Positions 25,203 through 36,876 of a stretch of DNA of 64,000 nt are shown here, piece after piece; position 1 is the stretch's first letter, and each line of letters begins with the position of its first letter. Position numbers and translations under genes: made by a program. The DNA is from Paragordius varius (Eukaryota > Animalia > Nematomorpha), in NCBI GenBank assembly GCA_964247055.1, contig OZ176054.1, positions 5,084,001 to 5,148,000 of the forward strand, in the 5' to 3' direction. The notes beneath the pieces were generated by a model. That model saw nothing but the letters and a program-made list of their open reading frames with translations. It was not told the origin of the DNA and did not search any database.

Positions 25203-27127
25203 AAAAGATTCCTAGATAACTTAAATGTAAAAACACACCTCCACCGAAAAATACTTGGCTTGAAATTTTAATTTTTTTTTAATTAAATTGTAATTAACAT
25301 TTGATTTCTTTATTACTATATAATATTTATATTATTCTTCAAAATGAAAAATAATTTCATATATATTTAATGTTTTTGACCCATTTTGAGTGCGCCAAAA
25401 CATATATAAACTGTTAAGTTTTTGGGAAGTTATACCCAATTTAATTCATAAATTTGCGTGGTTATAAGCATGAGCTCATTAGATTAGAAACACTTTATTT
25501 TTAGGGGCGGAATTTATTTATACTTAATATGAATGTCATTTTTATATGTTTGGTATTTAAAGGCATCTGGATAAATTGCAAGAACCACCCCCCGTGAAAT
25601 TGATTAAACCGCTCCCGGCACCAACTGAAGGTCCTCGTAAACGGCGCGGTGGACGAAAGTATATTGCCATATTAATATATATACTTTTTAATTCTGTAGT
25701 TTCTAAATGGCTATAATTCGTATTAAACCTTTTTATTTTATAAACAACATTAAAAATTCTATTACGGTAATTTTTTTGTTCGAAAGACATTTTTATTTAT
25801 GTCTCAAAGTAGCTAAAACACGTATTATTTTAATAAATTATGGGATATGTGGACTGAGCTGAGACATCTTGTAAATAAATATGTAATAATGATACCATTG
25901 AGGCTACGTTTCATATTTAATTTAAAGTATAATTACGGTTAAAAGATATTTTTAGCACTTATCATTGACACAAAAACACTCTCTTTGTTATATTAACATA
26001 AAAGTTATTTATATAAACCAATTAATATGGGAATTATCTCTAAAATATTGTTTTTAAATATACCATGCTTTGTTAAGGTACCGTAAAATGAAAGAACGGT
26101 TTGGCATAACAGAAATGCGAAAACAAGCGAATCGCGTTACATTTGCCCACATAGAGGACGATGCATATCAAGAGGACCTAGGTTTTAGCCTTGGATCATT
26201 GGGTCAATCTTCGGGAACCGGAAAATTACGAGTTGCACAGGTAATTAAATCAGTTTATAAAATGATTGATTTTCCAGATAAACGGAACTTGAACTCTACA
26301 AAAATGTTTTGTCAAATAAGTTTTGGTTAGGCTTCCATTGTTTTTTAGAGGACAAATGATTGTGAATTTAGTTTTTTTAAAAAAGATGATTTAAACAGCT
26401 TATACATGATTTATTTTCAAGAATTGGAATTAGAATCCATTCCCGAAAAACTGACAAATTTTAGATCCGTTTCCATAGTTTTCAGGTCAAATAATTTAGA
26501 ATTTAGTTCCTTTTCTTAACTAATTTTTTATGTGAATCGATAAGTAAATTAAAAATTATTAAAAGCTTTACTGTTCTTTTTGCCCTAAACAGGGTTTGTA
26601 AAACGCTGTATTGTGTTATTTTACGTAATTTATATTATACATAGATTGACAACAAAACGCAAGTTAAATTATCCAAAGCCCTGCAAAAACAATTGCAAAA
26701 ACGAAATAATATGGGACATTTATCATCGCTGGGGAAAACGCCATCCATTTCATCTACGTTTGGCGCAAACACGGCCGGTGGGAAATCAACCATGTATAAA
26801 TCGGGTATGGGGACGCATTCTTCAAACATTAACTCTCACATTGCTGGAACAGCCTCATCTATTGCTTTTACACCGGCACAAGTTTAAACTTTTTATTGGG
26901 ATTAATTATTTATTTCAAATAAATTTTGTTTTGCTTTGTTAATACGTAAAAGTTGTGAAAAATTTACCCTATAAAGATACTTGACTGCATGCATGTTAAA
27001 TTTTTTAACACATGAAATATAGGGTTTGGAAATTGTTAATCCACTGGCCGCTGAAAAAACTATGGATGATACAACAGCCAAATATTTTAGTCAAAGGAGT
27101 GGTTTTTCAAATTTGGTCAAGAAATAA
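22559..27127 (+). CDS. PRPF31: U4/U6 snRNP protein Prp31; 12 exons, about 525 aa
   Basis: Exons 22559-22735, 22762-22906, 22932-23029, 23060-23166, 23244-23295, 23407-23524, 24450-24607, 24912-25033, 25563-25658, 26078-26240, 26645-26881, 27023-27127 (1578 nt). Motifs MSLADELLADLE, KRFPELESL, VLSVTASTTQG, FIAPNL, KPLPAP..RKRRGGR, EMRKQANR, GTASSIAFTPAQGLEIVNP are colinear with human PRPF31. Confidence 0.96.
25147..25199. repeat. (TA)n microsatellite in PRP31 intron 8
   Basis: About 26 TA units; shorter (TA)n runs near 11600, 14100, 29240, 52145 and 52330. Confidence 0.95.
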
Positions 27128-27370
27128 TTTATTATTATCATTTTTTGCATGTATATGTGTATCAACATAAAAACTAAAATTATATATGTTTATATATATA
27201 ATAAATAAAATTGTTATATTATATACATATGATAAATAAAAATTGAGATTTTTGGTAAGGAATATCTTGATGATTATCAGAGAGAGAGATTTAATTTGTA
27301 TTGCATTGACAAGGCTTATTACTTTTTAGATTGATAAAAAAAATGAGATTTATTGGGTTTTTTCATAGTT

Positions 27371-30300
27371 TTAGAAAGTCCATCCAGTATGTATGTTATG
27401 TAAGTTAACTTGATATTCCAAATACTTCACTAATGGGGTAAAGTACTCGATTAAGGGTTCAATATCATACGTGTTTTTACCGGTCAATAAGTAAAGCAGC
27501 GACTTCCAATCATATGAACCACCCAGTTTCATCATATTCCTAAAATGAATTTAGAAAACACTGTATAATTGAGGGGGCGCCCATATAATTATTTAAAACT
27601 ATAAAGTTATATAAAATATTTTACCAAAGCGTTTTCCCGGCACTCTTAGAATTTTTTAGGTTACATTTATGGAGCGGGATATTTTGCTTGAGGGAATCAT
27701 AGCATAGTATCTAAATTTGATAAAGAAAATGGATATTTTGGTTCATACACCATTTACAAGTTTTTAATAGCTTTTTATTTGACAAAAACCGTAGGTAATA
27801 TAAGTGAAGAAACAGTTTACTGATATATACCTTCAAAAGCTGAAATTGTAAAACAGTTGCTCCGAGATATTCCAAAAAATTTTGATTTTTCACAACGTGA
27901 AATTTGAACGCTGGATCAAGATTGTTTTCCGATCTTGGGACGGGCGGGGATAATCCTTGGTATTTGGCCACCGCTTTCCACCACTCTGTATTGTAATCAT
28001 TTGGTTTTATTTCACCAGTTAATGCTTTATGTCTCCAATCCTCCAAACTGTAAGCAAACATAAACAAAGGGAATTTTCGCAAGGCTTGACTAAGGAGAAA
28101 TTCCATTTCTAAATTATGAAACACAAATATGAATGTCAAAAAATAAATGCCACACATTACAAAACTTAACTAAATTGATAAATCAATCAATTATGATAGA
28201 AGAAATGATTTCGAGTTACTGAAATTCGGATAAATAATTATATAAATCAGGGATTGGAGGCGGAGTTTTTTGGTGATACAAGTCAATTTCTAATCTCTAA
28301 GAGTGGTTTTACACATTTGAAAAAATTAGTTTCGGATTTCCCATTTTAAATGATTTATTAGCTGCAAAAACTTAACAAATAAATATATATATTACTTATT
28401 ATAGAATTTAAAATTTTTTGGGATCATAAAATTTTATTTAGAAACGGTTTAAATCACGTATCTGATGCTAAAAACTATTTCATAACCATTTTTATATTAT
28501 TTGGTAAAAAAAGTTTGTAGTTTTTGTCCTAAAAACGTTTTCGATTCCAATCTCTTATTTCAACCCTCATTAATTTTATATGTGATTGATGAAGGTTCAA
28601 CACACTAAATATATATTATATTGACTAAACCCTGATTCTCATTGAGTATGAATTTAGGCCAGCTGTTGAGATTGCTCCATGGAGAAAGGGCAGATAATGC
28701 GATTGTGTCTCCGACCGATTCATGAAATGCCAAATTGGGTGACATTTGAAGTAAGATTGGCAATTTCTTATACGCCATGTAATAGTATATATGGCCAAGT
28801 TCATGGAACACATTTAGCCACGAGGGATAATTGGCTTTTTGACAAAACATTATCCTGGGTTAAAATACATTAATTATGGAAGAGACATACATATTTTAAT
28901 AGGGAGTATAATGAGATGAGAAATAGATATTTAAATTGCATCACCTAATTATTTTTTATCGGTTTAATGAAATATATAATTCAATCGGGTTACATCGGAT
29001 TCTAAAAATCAGTAAAGAGCTAAGAATATAAATGAAACAGCATAGATAATTAGGAATAGTGATGGAGGGAAATATGTAATTTAAGAAGAAAAGGAGAAAA
29101 TTCAATTAGGGTATTACTATTAATTGGTAAAAAAATATTTAATTTTAAAATTTAATATAATATATATATGTTAAATCATCATTATTTAAGTAGATGATAT
29201 CGGAAAAAAATAAGGAATATTTTTATATACATACATATATATATATATATATATATTATCCAACTCTATATGGTTTGGATATTAAAACTGTTTTATAATA
29301 CTATGTATCCTAAAACATTATTCGTCCTAAAATAACACAATCATGCACACATTCATGTAATTTTACCTATAATCATCACCATCAAACATATTCCATGCAG
29401 AAGGGTAACAAAGGGAATTGTTTGAATAATCAGAAATGTACGATTTGGTCCAAAAATCGTTGGATAATTTCGGCAACCCCATTGATACAAAATATAACTC
29501 TGCTAGTTTGGTTAGATTGTGAATGTGTAAATTTCCTCTCTCCAATAACAGGTTCATCATTTCTTTGTAAGAAATGGAATTCATTTGAAATATTTTGGTA
29601 GAGATTCCTTCCCAATTTTGTCCCCATGCGTTTTCTATAGACAATGTAAATAAAAGTAAGTAATGCGCAAATTGACCCTTTATTCCTTATAATAATTTAA
29701 AAATCTGAAATTTTGTAAATATTTTACACACAAAATGCCAAGTGTTTATTTCTACCTGTAAGTTGTAAAGGGATTTGGCCATTCACAAAATCTTTATCTG
29801 ACATGTGATAGTATTCTTTTAGTTTGTGGCGAACGAAAGCATGTAGTAATTCATACAAGGGTTTAATTTTGACAATTGTTTCATTGATGTATTCGGAGGC
29901 AAAAGTTTTTGTTTCTAATTTTGAAATGAAAAAGGAAATATATTTTAAAAGACATTATCAATACTATATATTTTCAAAATAGGGGGTTTTATTAAAATCC
30001 GATTTTAAATGCATCCCAAAAACTGATACGCATTTTTAATGCTGGCTTGTTGTCCATAACATAGCATTAATATATTGGAATTTATCGTAAATGGAAAGAT
30101 TCATTAACAAACCACTCTTTCTTAATTATTCGCTGTTTTCGGAAATTTTTTATACGAAATTTACGAGAAATAAACTACAACAATTTATCTTTTATCGAGA
30201 AAAACTTCATCAGATTTATCTTATGATAGTATAAAAACCGTTCCCTTTAAATTATTTAATACAGACACTAATGTCAAACACGGTTGATTATCTTTTAATG

Positions 30301-32721
30301 CTATATATGCTTCACGTGATATGTTTGATCGCTTTCTTTCATCTTTGTAGTTCTTTAGGATAGATACGACTTGCATTCTTATGACGTCAGCTATTTTTGG
30401 ATCTATACGAAAGAGACCTGCTTCAACGTTTGAAATAATTTATTCTACTGGCACAACTGAGGGAGAAATAGCAAATTTTAGACCTTTATTTAAAATTGAG
30501 ATCATATGGTCATTAAGCACCATCGATCAAACATATCACGTGAAGAATATATAGCATTAAAACGGTTGATTATCATTGAAAAATACTTTCTTAACTATCA
30601 TAAATGGATCGATTCCGAAAATTTTTAATGCATTCATCCTGAGATTTTACGAAACATATTATAATAACCAAAAAAATTTGAATTGTGATATATATTAATA
30701 AGGTTTAATCTAACATCGGATAAACTCAAAGAGGGATTTTTTCTATAAGCTATAAATAAAAAAGCAAATATTACTTTTGAGAACAAAGACTACCATTTTT
30801 CCTTGTCAAATTACCGGTAATAAATACATTACATTTAAATAGGTTTGTTTTAGGTTTTAAAAACCCTATTTAGTTTTTATTTCATATATTTACATATCCA
30901 ATATATAAGAATGTAATGGTACTTGCTTCATCCATACAACAGGCCTTATAAGCTTGTGCCATTCTCGTAAAGGTTTTTCGCAAAAGTTTTTCGGGACCTG
31001 TTCTGTGCTGGATCCAACTGCATGTTAACGTTGCTCTTTGATGTTCATATAATGGATTTTGAGGTGGTATGTTATATGGGCATACAAAAGATTTTCGTTG
31101 ACCACGTATTTGTGCATAAGCTTTCAGTAAATCACTTTTTGATTGCTGATAGTCCCTGGTAAAAAATATGTATCATAGTTATTGTTTAGGATTGATTCTG
31201 CTAAAAATAATAGCTGCTCTCGATCGCTTGATAAATTACGATCATACACTCACTTATATCACCAAACCTAACTGATTTTACTTTTGAAATTTCTTAAAAT
31301 ATTTCATTACCTTTTAGGGTATATTTACCTCAAAGCGATTAAAATGTATGAAAACATTGGATTTTGTGGTCTATATTGTGTTTAATAAAATAGCCTATAA
31401 ATAAAATAAAGTTTAGGAAGCATAAATAAATATGATACACCCCTGCAAAACAAATAAAAACCAAATAAACACAGAGCAAAAGTTTAAAAGGAGCTTTATA
31501 TTTCCTCCAACGGATAAATTACGATCAAGGAAAATATTCATTTTTATCGCAATTAAATTAACTATCGAAAATCATTCAAGAAAAAGTTTATAATTTTACA
31601 ATTTTTTACAAAATAAATAATATATATACATTATTTTCAGGCATAGAATAAGTTATAAGGGCCCATCGATATATACTTTAATTAATTATATTTTTGATTA
31701 TCAGGACAATTAAATCTCAGATTTGTTTCAGGAAGCGTTTTCAAAATAATTTATATATACAGTTATCAGTCTTACTTTTAAATATAAATAAAAAATGGCT
31801 TATATAAATAAAAAATATATTTTCCGTGTCATGATATTTAATAAGTCCATGTAATTGATTTTCTTTTATCATTAATATATTAATTAATTATAATATATAA
31901 CAATTTAAATTTACAGTTAAATTCACCGTCGAACAATTCAAATTCACCCTAAAATAAATTATATGTTTTTTAAGAAAAATCTTTATTTTTTAATATTTTT
32001 AAAATATTAAATTCTGTTTCAAATTAACACAAAGCGGAAATAATAAACTATGCGGTAAAAATATATATTTCATATTAATGATGAGTTTTATTAGCCCGAA
32101 ACACATAATTTATTTTTAGGGTGAATTTGAATTGTAAATGGTATATTAAAAATTTCCCATATATTTGGTGTTTTTACCGCCTGTACCATATTTATTAATT
32201 ATAATTGAAATATAAAATCAATAGGAATAATATTAAGTACATATAGCTTAAAATCATAGGAAATACCTGTATTCAGCAACATTTTTGTACAAAGGATTAT
32301 ACGGTATTTTGGTGATTAAATTTATTGTGAATGCATCAAGATCTAATCCTTTCCCTAATTTATACAGCTTTATTTTCCAGCGATTATCGAAAATGCGCTT
32401 GTAAGTTGTAACATTTTTTAGGAATCGTTCGTTGGCTTTACTGGGGTCCAATGTGTAATTCCAACTAATGCTCGATATTATCCTTTTCTGCAACAAAGAT
32501 TGTTTTTGATATTCATTTAACAATTCTAAAAAATGAAGATATAATGAAATAATTATCATTTATATATATATATGATGATGTATCTTCAAATATATATGAT
32601 ATATAAAAAATGAGCACATACCTTGGATTTGGACGGAATTCAAGGCTGATAATATATGCCACGGTAGAATTAGATATATACAAGATAATACGATAAAAAG
32701 AGTGTGATTGAAGTAGTTCAT
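27371..32721 (-). CDS. ACE: Angiotensin-converting enzyme-like peptidyl-dipeptidase (M2 family), single domain, signal peptide, no TM anchor; 9 exons, about 591 aa
   Basis: Exons (minus): 32721-32622, 32525-32267, 31155-30923, 29914-29756, 29634-29367, 28854-28631, 28108-27831, 27710-27625, 27539-27371 (1776 nt). Hydrophobic N-terminus; PLYELLHAFVR, NAWGQNW, zinc motif HELGH plus FHESVGD, LDPAFKFH, PLHKC, C-terminal GWTF-stop. Confidence 0.9.
30281..30574 (-). mobile_element. Penelope-like retroelement fragment with a 39-bp inverted duplication, flanked by a 12-bp direct repeat (ACE intron 3)
   Basis: Minus-strand translation MISILNKGLKFAISPSVVPVE*IISNVEAG..IRMQVVSILK..SNISREAYIALK resembles the region upstream of PLE RT (LSKGLNFA..NLTKEE..ALK). 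Inverted repeats 30293-30331 / 30524-30562 (38/39); direct repeat CGGTTGATTATC at 30281-92 and 30563-74. Confidence 0.65.
31933..32135. repeat. Foldback/MITE-like inverted repeat in ACE intron 2
   Basis: ACAATTCAAATTCACCCTAAAATAAATTATATGTTT (31933-31968) is inverted at 32099-32135. Confidence 0.75.
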
Positions 32722-35161
32722 CGTTTAAAAATATATAATTTTTAAAATCAATTTAAAAATAATTTGGCTGTATTTTTTTTAATTAAAAAAATAGATGTTA
32801 TAGTAAATATTTTAAATGAAAATTCTTTTATTTAAAGAGTACAAGTGATATTTTTCTAATGAAAAAAAAACAAATACAACCTTAGTAATTGTTGATCTCA
32901 TTTTTTTCATGTTTGAGATATTTTTTCTTTTTAAGCCTCTGCTCACCTTTCACAATGGTGTACACCTCACAAAAGGATAATAGACAAAAAAGTAGAATCT
33001 TATAAATATAAATGATGTAATCGTTAATTATGTTTGTTAACATTTCTTCAGGTTTTTGCATCGGTATTTTGTCTTGATAAAAAATTACTTTTACATGCTT
33101 TTATCAATTACACCTCCTCTGATTGCATCATACTCAATCGTCATTTAAAATAAATTCTTAGCAAACATAATATTATCATATCCAGTATTATCTGGTTTTA
33201 AGAACGATACAATGGACAAAATCACAAAAAAAATAGTTTTCCGCATTAAAAAACGATATATATTAAATAAAAAAATTGATGTACATATCTTTAATAATAT
33301 AATTTTTTAAAGCGTATAATCAAAATAAATATGGGTTATAGATTACGATTCTCAATAAGTGAGACTCATCTTAGAAAATAATTAATAAAATCCAAGAAAA
33401 ACAATGATAGAAAATTTAAAAAATTATTTTCTTAGAATAAATTTATCAAATTCTAAAAATGTATCAGAACTCTGCAAAATCAATAAGACCTCATTATATT
33501 TCTTATGTCAGAATATAATGAAAAATAAATTTTATTAATCCAGTAATGTGGGAAACATTAAAATTTTATAAATCTGTGGCAATGGATATAAAACGTTTAA
33601 TATTTTTGTAATGTTTGGAATTTTTGATATTACAAATTAATTCATATAGTGTAAACCAAAATACAATCTTAATTTTTTTTGAATATCAAGAAAGTTTTGA
33701 GGCGGCATATAGCTTTGTGACAGCTCCCACACTCGAAAATGGGTAAAACTTGTGGGCTTATTTAATATATCAGCTGTGAATAAATATAAATGAGCTTTTA
33801 AGTATAAGGCTATGTTTCCCAAAAAACTACTTCAAATATATATTTTTAATATTAATTAATGTCACAACTAAAAAAAATTAGGGTTAAACATCCTATTAAT
33901 AGATGGTTAAATTGCAGTTATAATATGCTAATGCATATACAATACAGTTATTCCAATTAACAACCAAAGAGCGGAGGGATTTTTTAATCCATCTCTCAAT
34001 ATTATCACTTTCCAAATTGTCACTGCAGAAACCATCTCAAAAAGCTCACGACAGAACCGAATTGAGGCAGTTTTCCTACAAAATCGCTAATGGTCGATAA
34101 CCGACTACAAGCTCAACAACAACATTGCAAGCGGATGGACTCAATGCTAAAGTACAATAAATGTGGTTGCCTTCAAGCATTGAACTGATGTATCGCCTTG
34201 GCTGAGCAAAGTTGCAACTGTAAGAGATGGGACATTTTCAGTCAAAATGAAGCGACTCCTGAGTAAGACCGATCATGCGGGAGAACACAGCAGCAGTGGA
34301 TATAAATGCGAGCTCAACGGGCTACCGAGGCGTATGCAGTAGTGACACATGGAGTCAGGGGCGTACCGAGGGGGGGGCAAGGGGGTGCATAATGCCCCGG
34401 GCGCCGTTATTTAGGGGCGCCTAAATCCTAAATGATTTTTTAAAATTAAATTTTAATTATGCAAAATAATAAGAACTTTCATATGATTAGCAATTTACGA
34501 AATAATCCCTAAAATATATTCTATAATAAACCATAATTTTTATCTAAAATCTGGGAAAATATGTTTTAATAATATTTTATTTTTACATTTTTCTATCGCA
34601 ATTTAAAATCCAAATATGCATATTTTACATATACCAAGAATCCCTAATTCATAAACTATCCATATCCCCCTGTTTTTTTTAAAAAACTGTTTTTTATCCT
34701 ATTTTGCACTAACAATGTTTTAGCCATACGCTACTGTGATATAAAAATTATATAAATGAGATCAAGAGCAAACATTATGCAAAAAACAACTTTCATGTAG
34801 GTATTCCCTTCAACATGTGCAAACTTATTTTTTCGCTCAAAAGACGTTTCTTTATCACGCACATATTGTTAATTCTTTTATTGCCTTCAATTAAATTATT
34901 TCCTCTCTCTCTGTTCAAAACCTTATCTCTTATTCTTATAATTTATTATTGCTTTTTAATCATATTCAATTACAAACCCAATTTTATTTATTTAAATCCC
35001 CAAGATATTCCATCTCTAACAAGGTAGGTTTTTATTATTGATATAGCTTATTTTTTATAATTACAGTCATCTAAACTTTATTTTATTAAAAATTTACTTT
35101 TTTTCGTTAAATGGGTATTAATATTTGGTAAAGAATAGAAAAACAAGAGCTATGGTATTAC

Positions 35162-35829
35162 TAGGGTTGTGCATTTGACTGCTTTTCCATAAAAGTCCGG
35201 TCAGACCCAGTCAGACCATGGTCATGACCACATTTTAAATGAGTAAATATCATGCGATAGGATTGTGAAAATAATGTTCGAACACTTGCGTTTCACTAAT
35301 GTCATGTTTTTTCTTAACGGCTTAATACATTTTTTTGATATTTATTATTTACAAATATTTTCAATCAAATTTATACAAGAATTTTGTTTTCAAATAAATT
35401 TAGACGCAGGTTTGTGGCCTTCTGAAGCTTCAAATACATAGCTTTTAATACTAGATATTTCAAATAAAATTTTACCTAGTTTTACTTTTTTTTATCACTG
35501 AAATATCCAATTATAAAATGTTTTTTCATTTTATTGGTTCACATATATAATTGCATTTGCAAGGTGCTTGATTGTTTTTCGAAATAACTGGATGTGCTTA
35601 AATGATAAGGTTATATGGATGCATTTTTAAAAATTTTATATTGTTAAATAAGCATATTTAAATTATTATTTTGTATTTTTTAAAAAAGATATAAGAAACA
35701 ATAAAATCTTACTATCTCTCTTCCAAAAAAATTTACCAGCAATTTTTCAAACAACAGATGTTTTTAAATGACCAAGGTCAAAAAATGAATAGTCACTGAC
35801 CGGGTCATGACTTGGTCAGCACAACCCTA
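35162..35829. mobile_element. hAT-type MITE (668 bp) nested in the Tc1-like MITE
   Basis: TIRs TAGGGTTGTGC / GCACAACCCTA; perfect 8-bp TSD GGTATTAC (35154-35161, 35830-35837); subterminal TGACC/GGTCA repeats at both ends. Confidence 0.9.
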
Positions 35830-36194
35830 GGTATTACCATATCATATTTTTTAAAAAAGTAAAAGTGTGGGGGAAGGGCGTCGGAAATCTTTGGCAAAAA
35901 ATGAACATACACTAACTACTAACCCTTCACTTAAAATTATTGTATAAAAGGGTTAGGAAAATCGTAATTATCTCAATTATAATTTTTTTTTGTTTTGATC
36001 TGGGAACGATTTTAAAAGGGATATTTACGATAGATGCTATATTATATAATCAATTTGATTCAATTTCGTTAGGATGTAACCCCGTTATATTTTTGTTTTA
36101 TTTATTGTGATATCCTATTAAAAAAATTATAATAAATATTTTTTTTACCTATACATAAAAATCTTTATTTAAGTGGTTAATTTGTTTTGTTTAA

Positions 36195-36604
36195 CACTTG
36201 GATACAACACATTCATTTTTAAGCTAAAACCACAAGGTAAAAATTTAGTCAACGTGAAATGTGTGCAATGGTAAAATTGAAAAATAATACAAAATAAATC
36301 GCTTTTTCTATTTCTATCAATGTTAAATGTGATTTAAATAAAAATTAGCTTTAATTTTACCCTTAACACTAAATGAAGACGACATTTTGCAAATATTTTG
36401 TAAAAAAAAATGGCGTCGAAGTTGTTTAACATGGAACTTTTTTTTCAAAACAAAATTTTATTTAGATATTTTGGCATATTTATATAATTTTTATTAGGAA
36501 AGAAGCATAAATTTAAATTGAAATCGTTTTTTTCACTAGTTTTTTAAAATCCAACTTAAATTTAGTTTGGGGTATATTTAGATACCCCAATTTGAATCTA
36601 GGTG
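36195..36604 (+). mobile_element. piggyBac-like TTAA MITE, internally deleted copy, nested in the Tc1-like MITE
   Basis: TTAA at 36191-94 and 36605-08; starts CACTTGGATACAACAC; the body matches the copy at 20979-21560. Confidence 0.85.
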
Positions 36605-36876
36605 TTAAACAAAAATTTTATCAAAAAAAATTAATATATAAAATTTTGCTAAAAAATTAACAAAAATACCATTCTTCTATAACAATATTTTAAGATTTTC
36701 ATTTTTTACCAAAGATTTTCGACGCCCTTCCCCCACACTTCTTTTACTTTTTTAAAGTAATACCATATAGCTCTTGTATTTTCTTTACCAAATATTTATA
36801 CCCATTTAACGAAAAAAAGTAAATTTTTATTAAAATAAAGTTTACATGACTGTACTTGCATTTTAATTAGATATCA

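Larger units (their letters stand above)
35064..36852. mobile_element. Tc1/mariner-type MITE with long (about 150-170 bp) imperfect TIRs, nested in the hAT
   Basis: TA TSD (35062-63, 36853-54); termini CAGTCAT..ATGACTG. The left arm (35064-35161 plus 35838-35905, split by an insertion) is the reverse complement of about 36700-36852. Confidence 0.8.
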
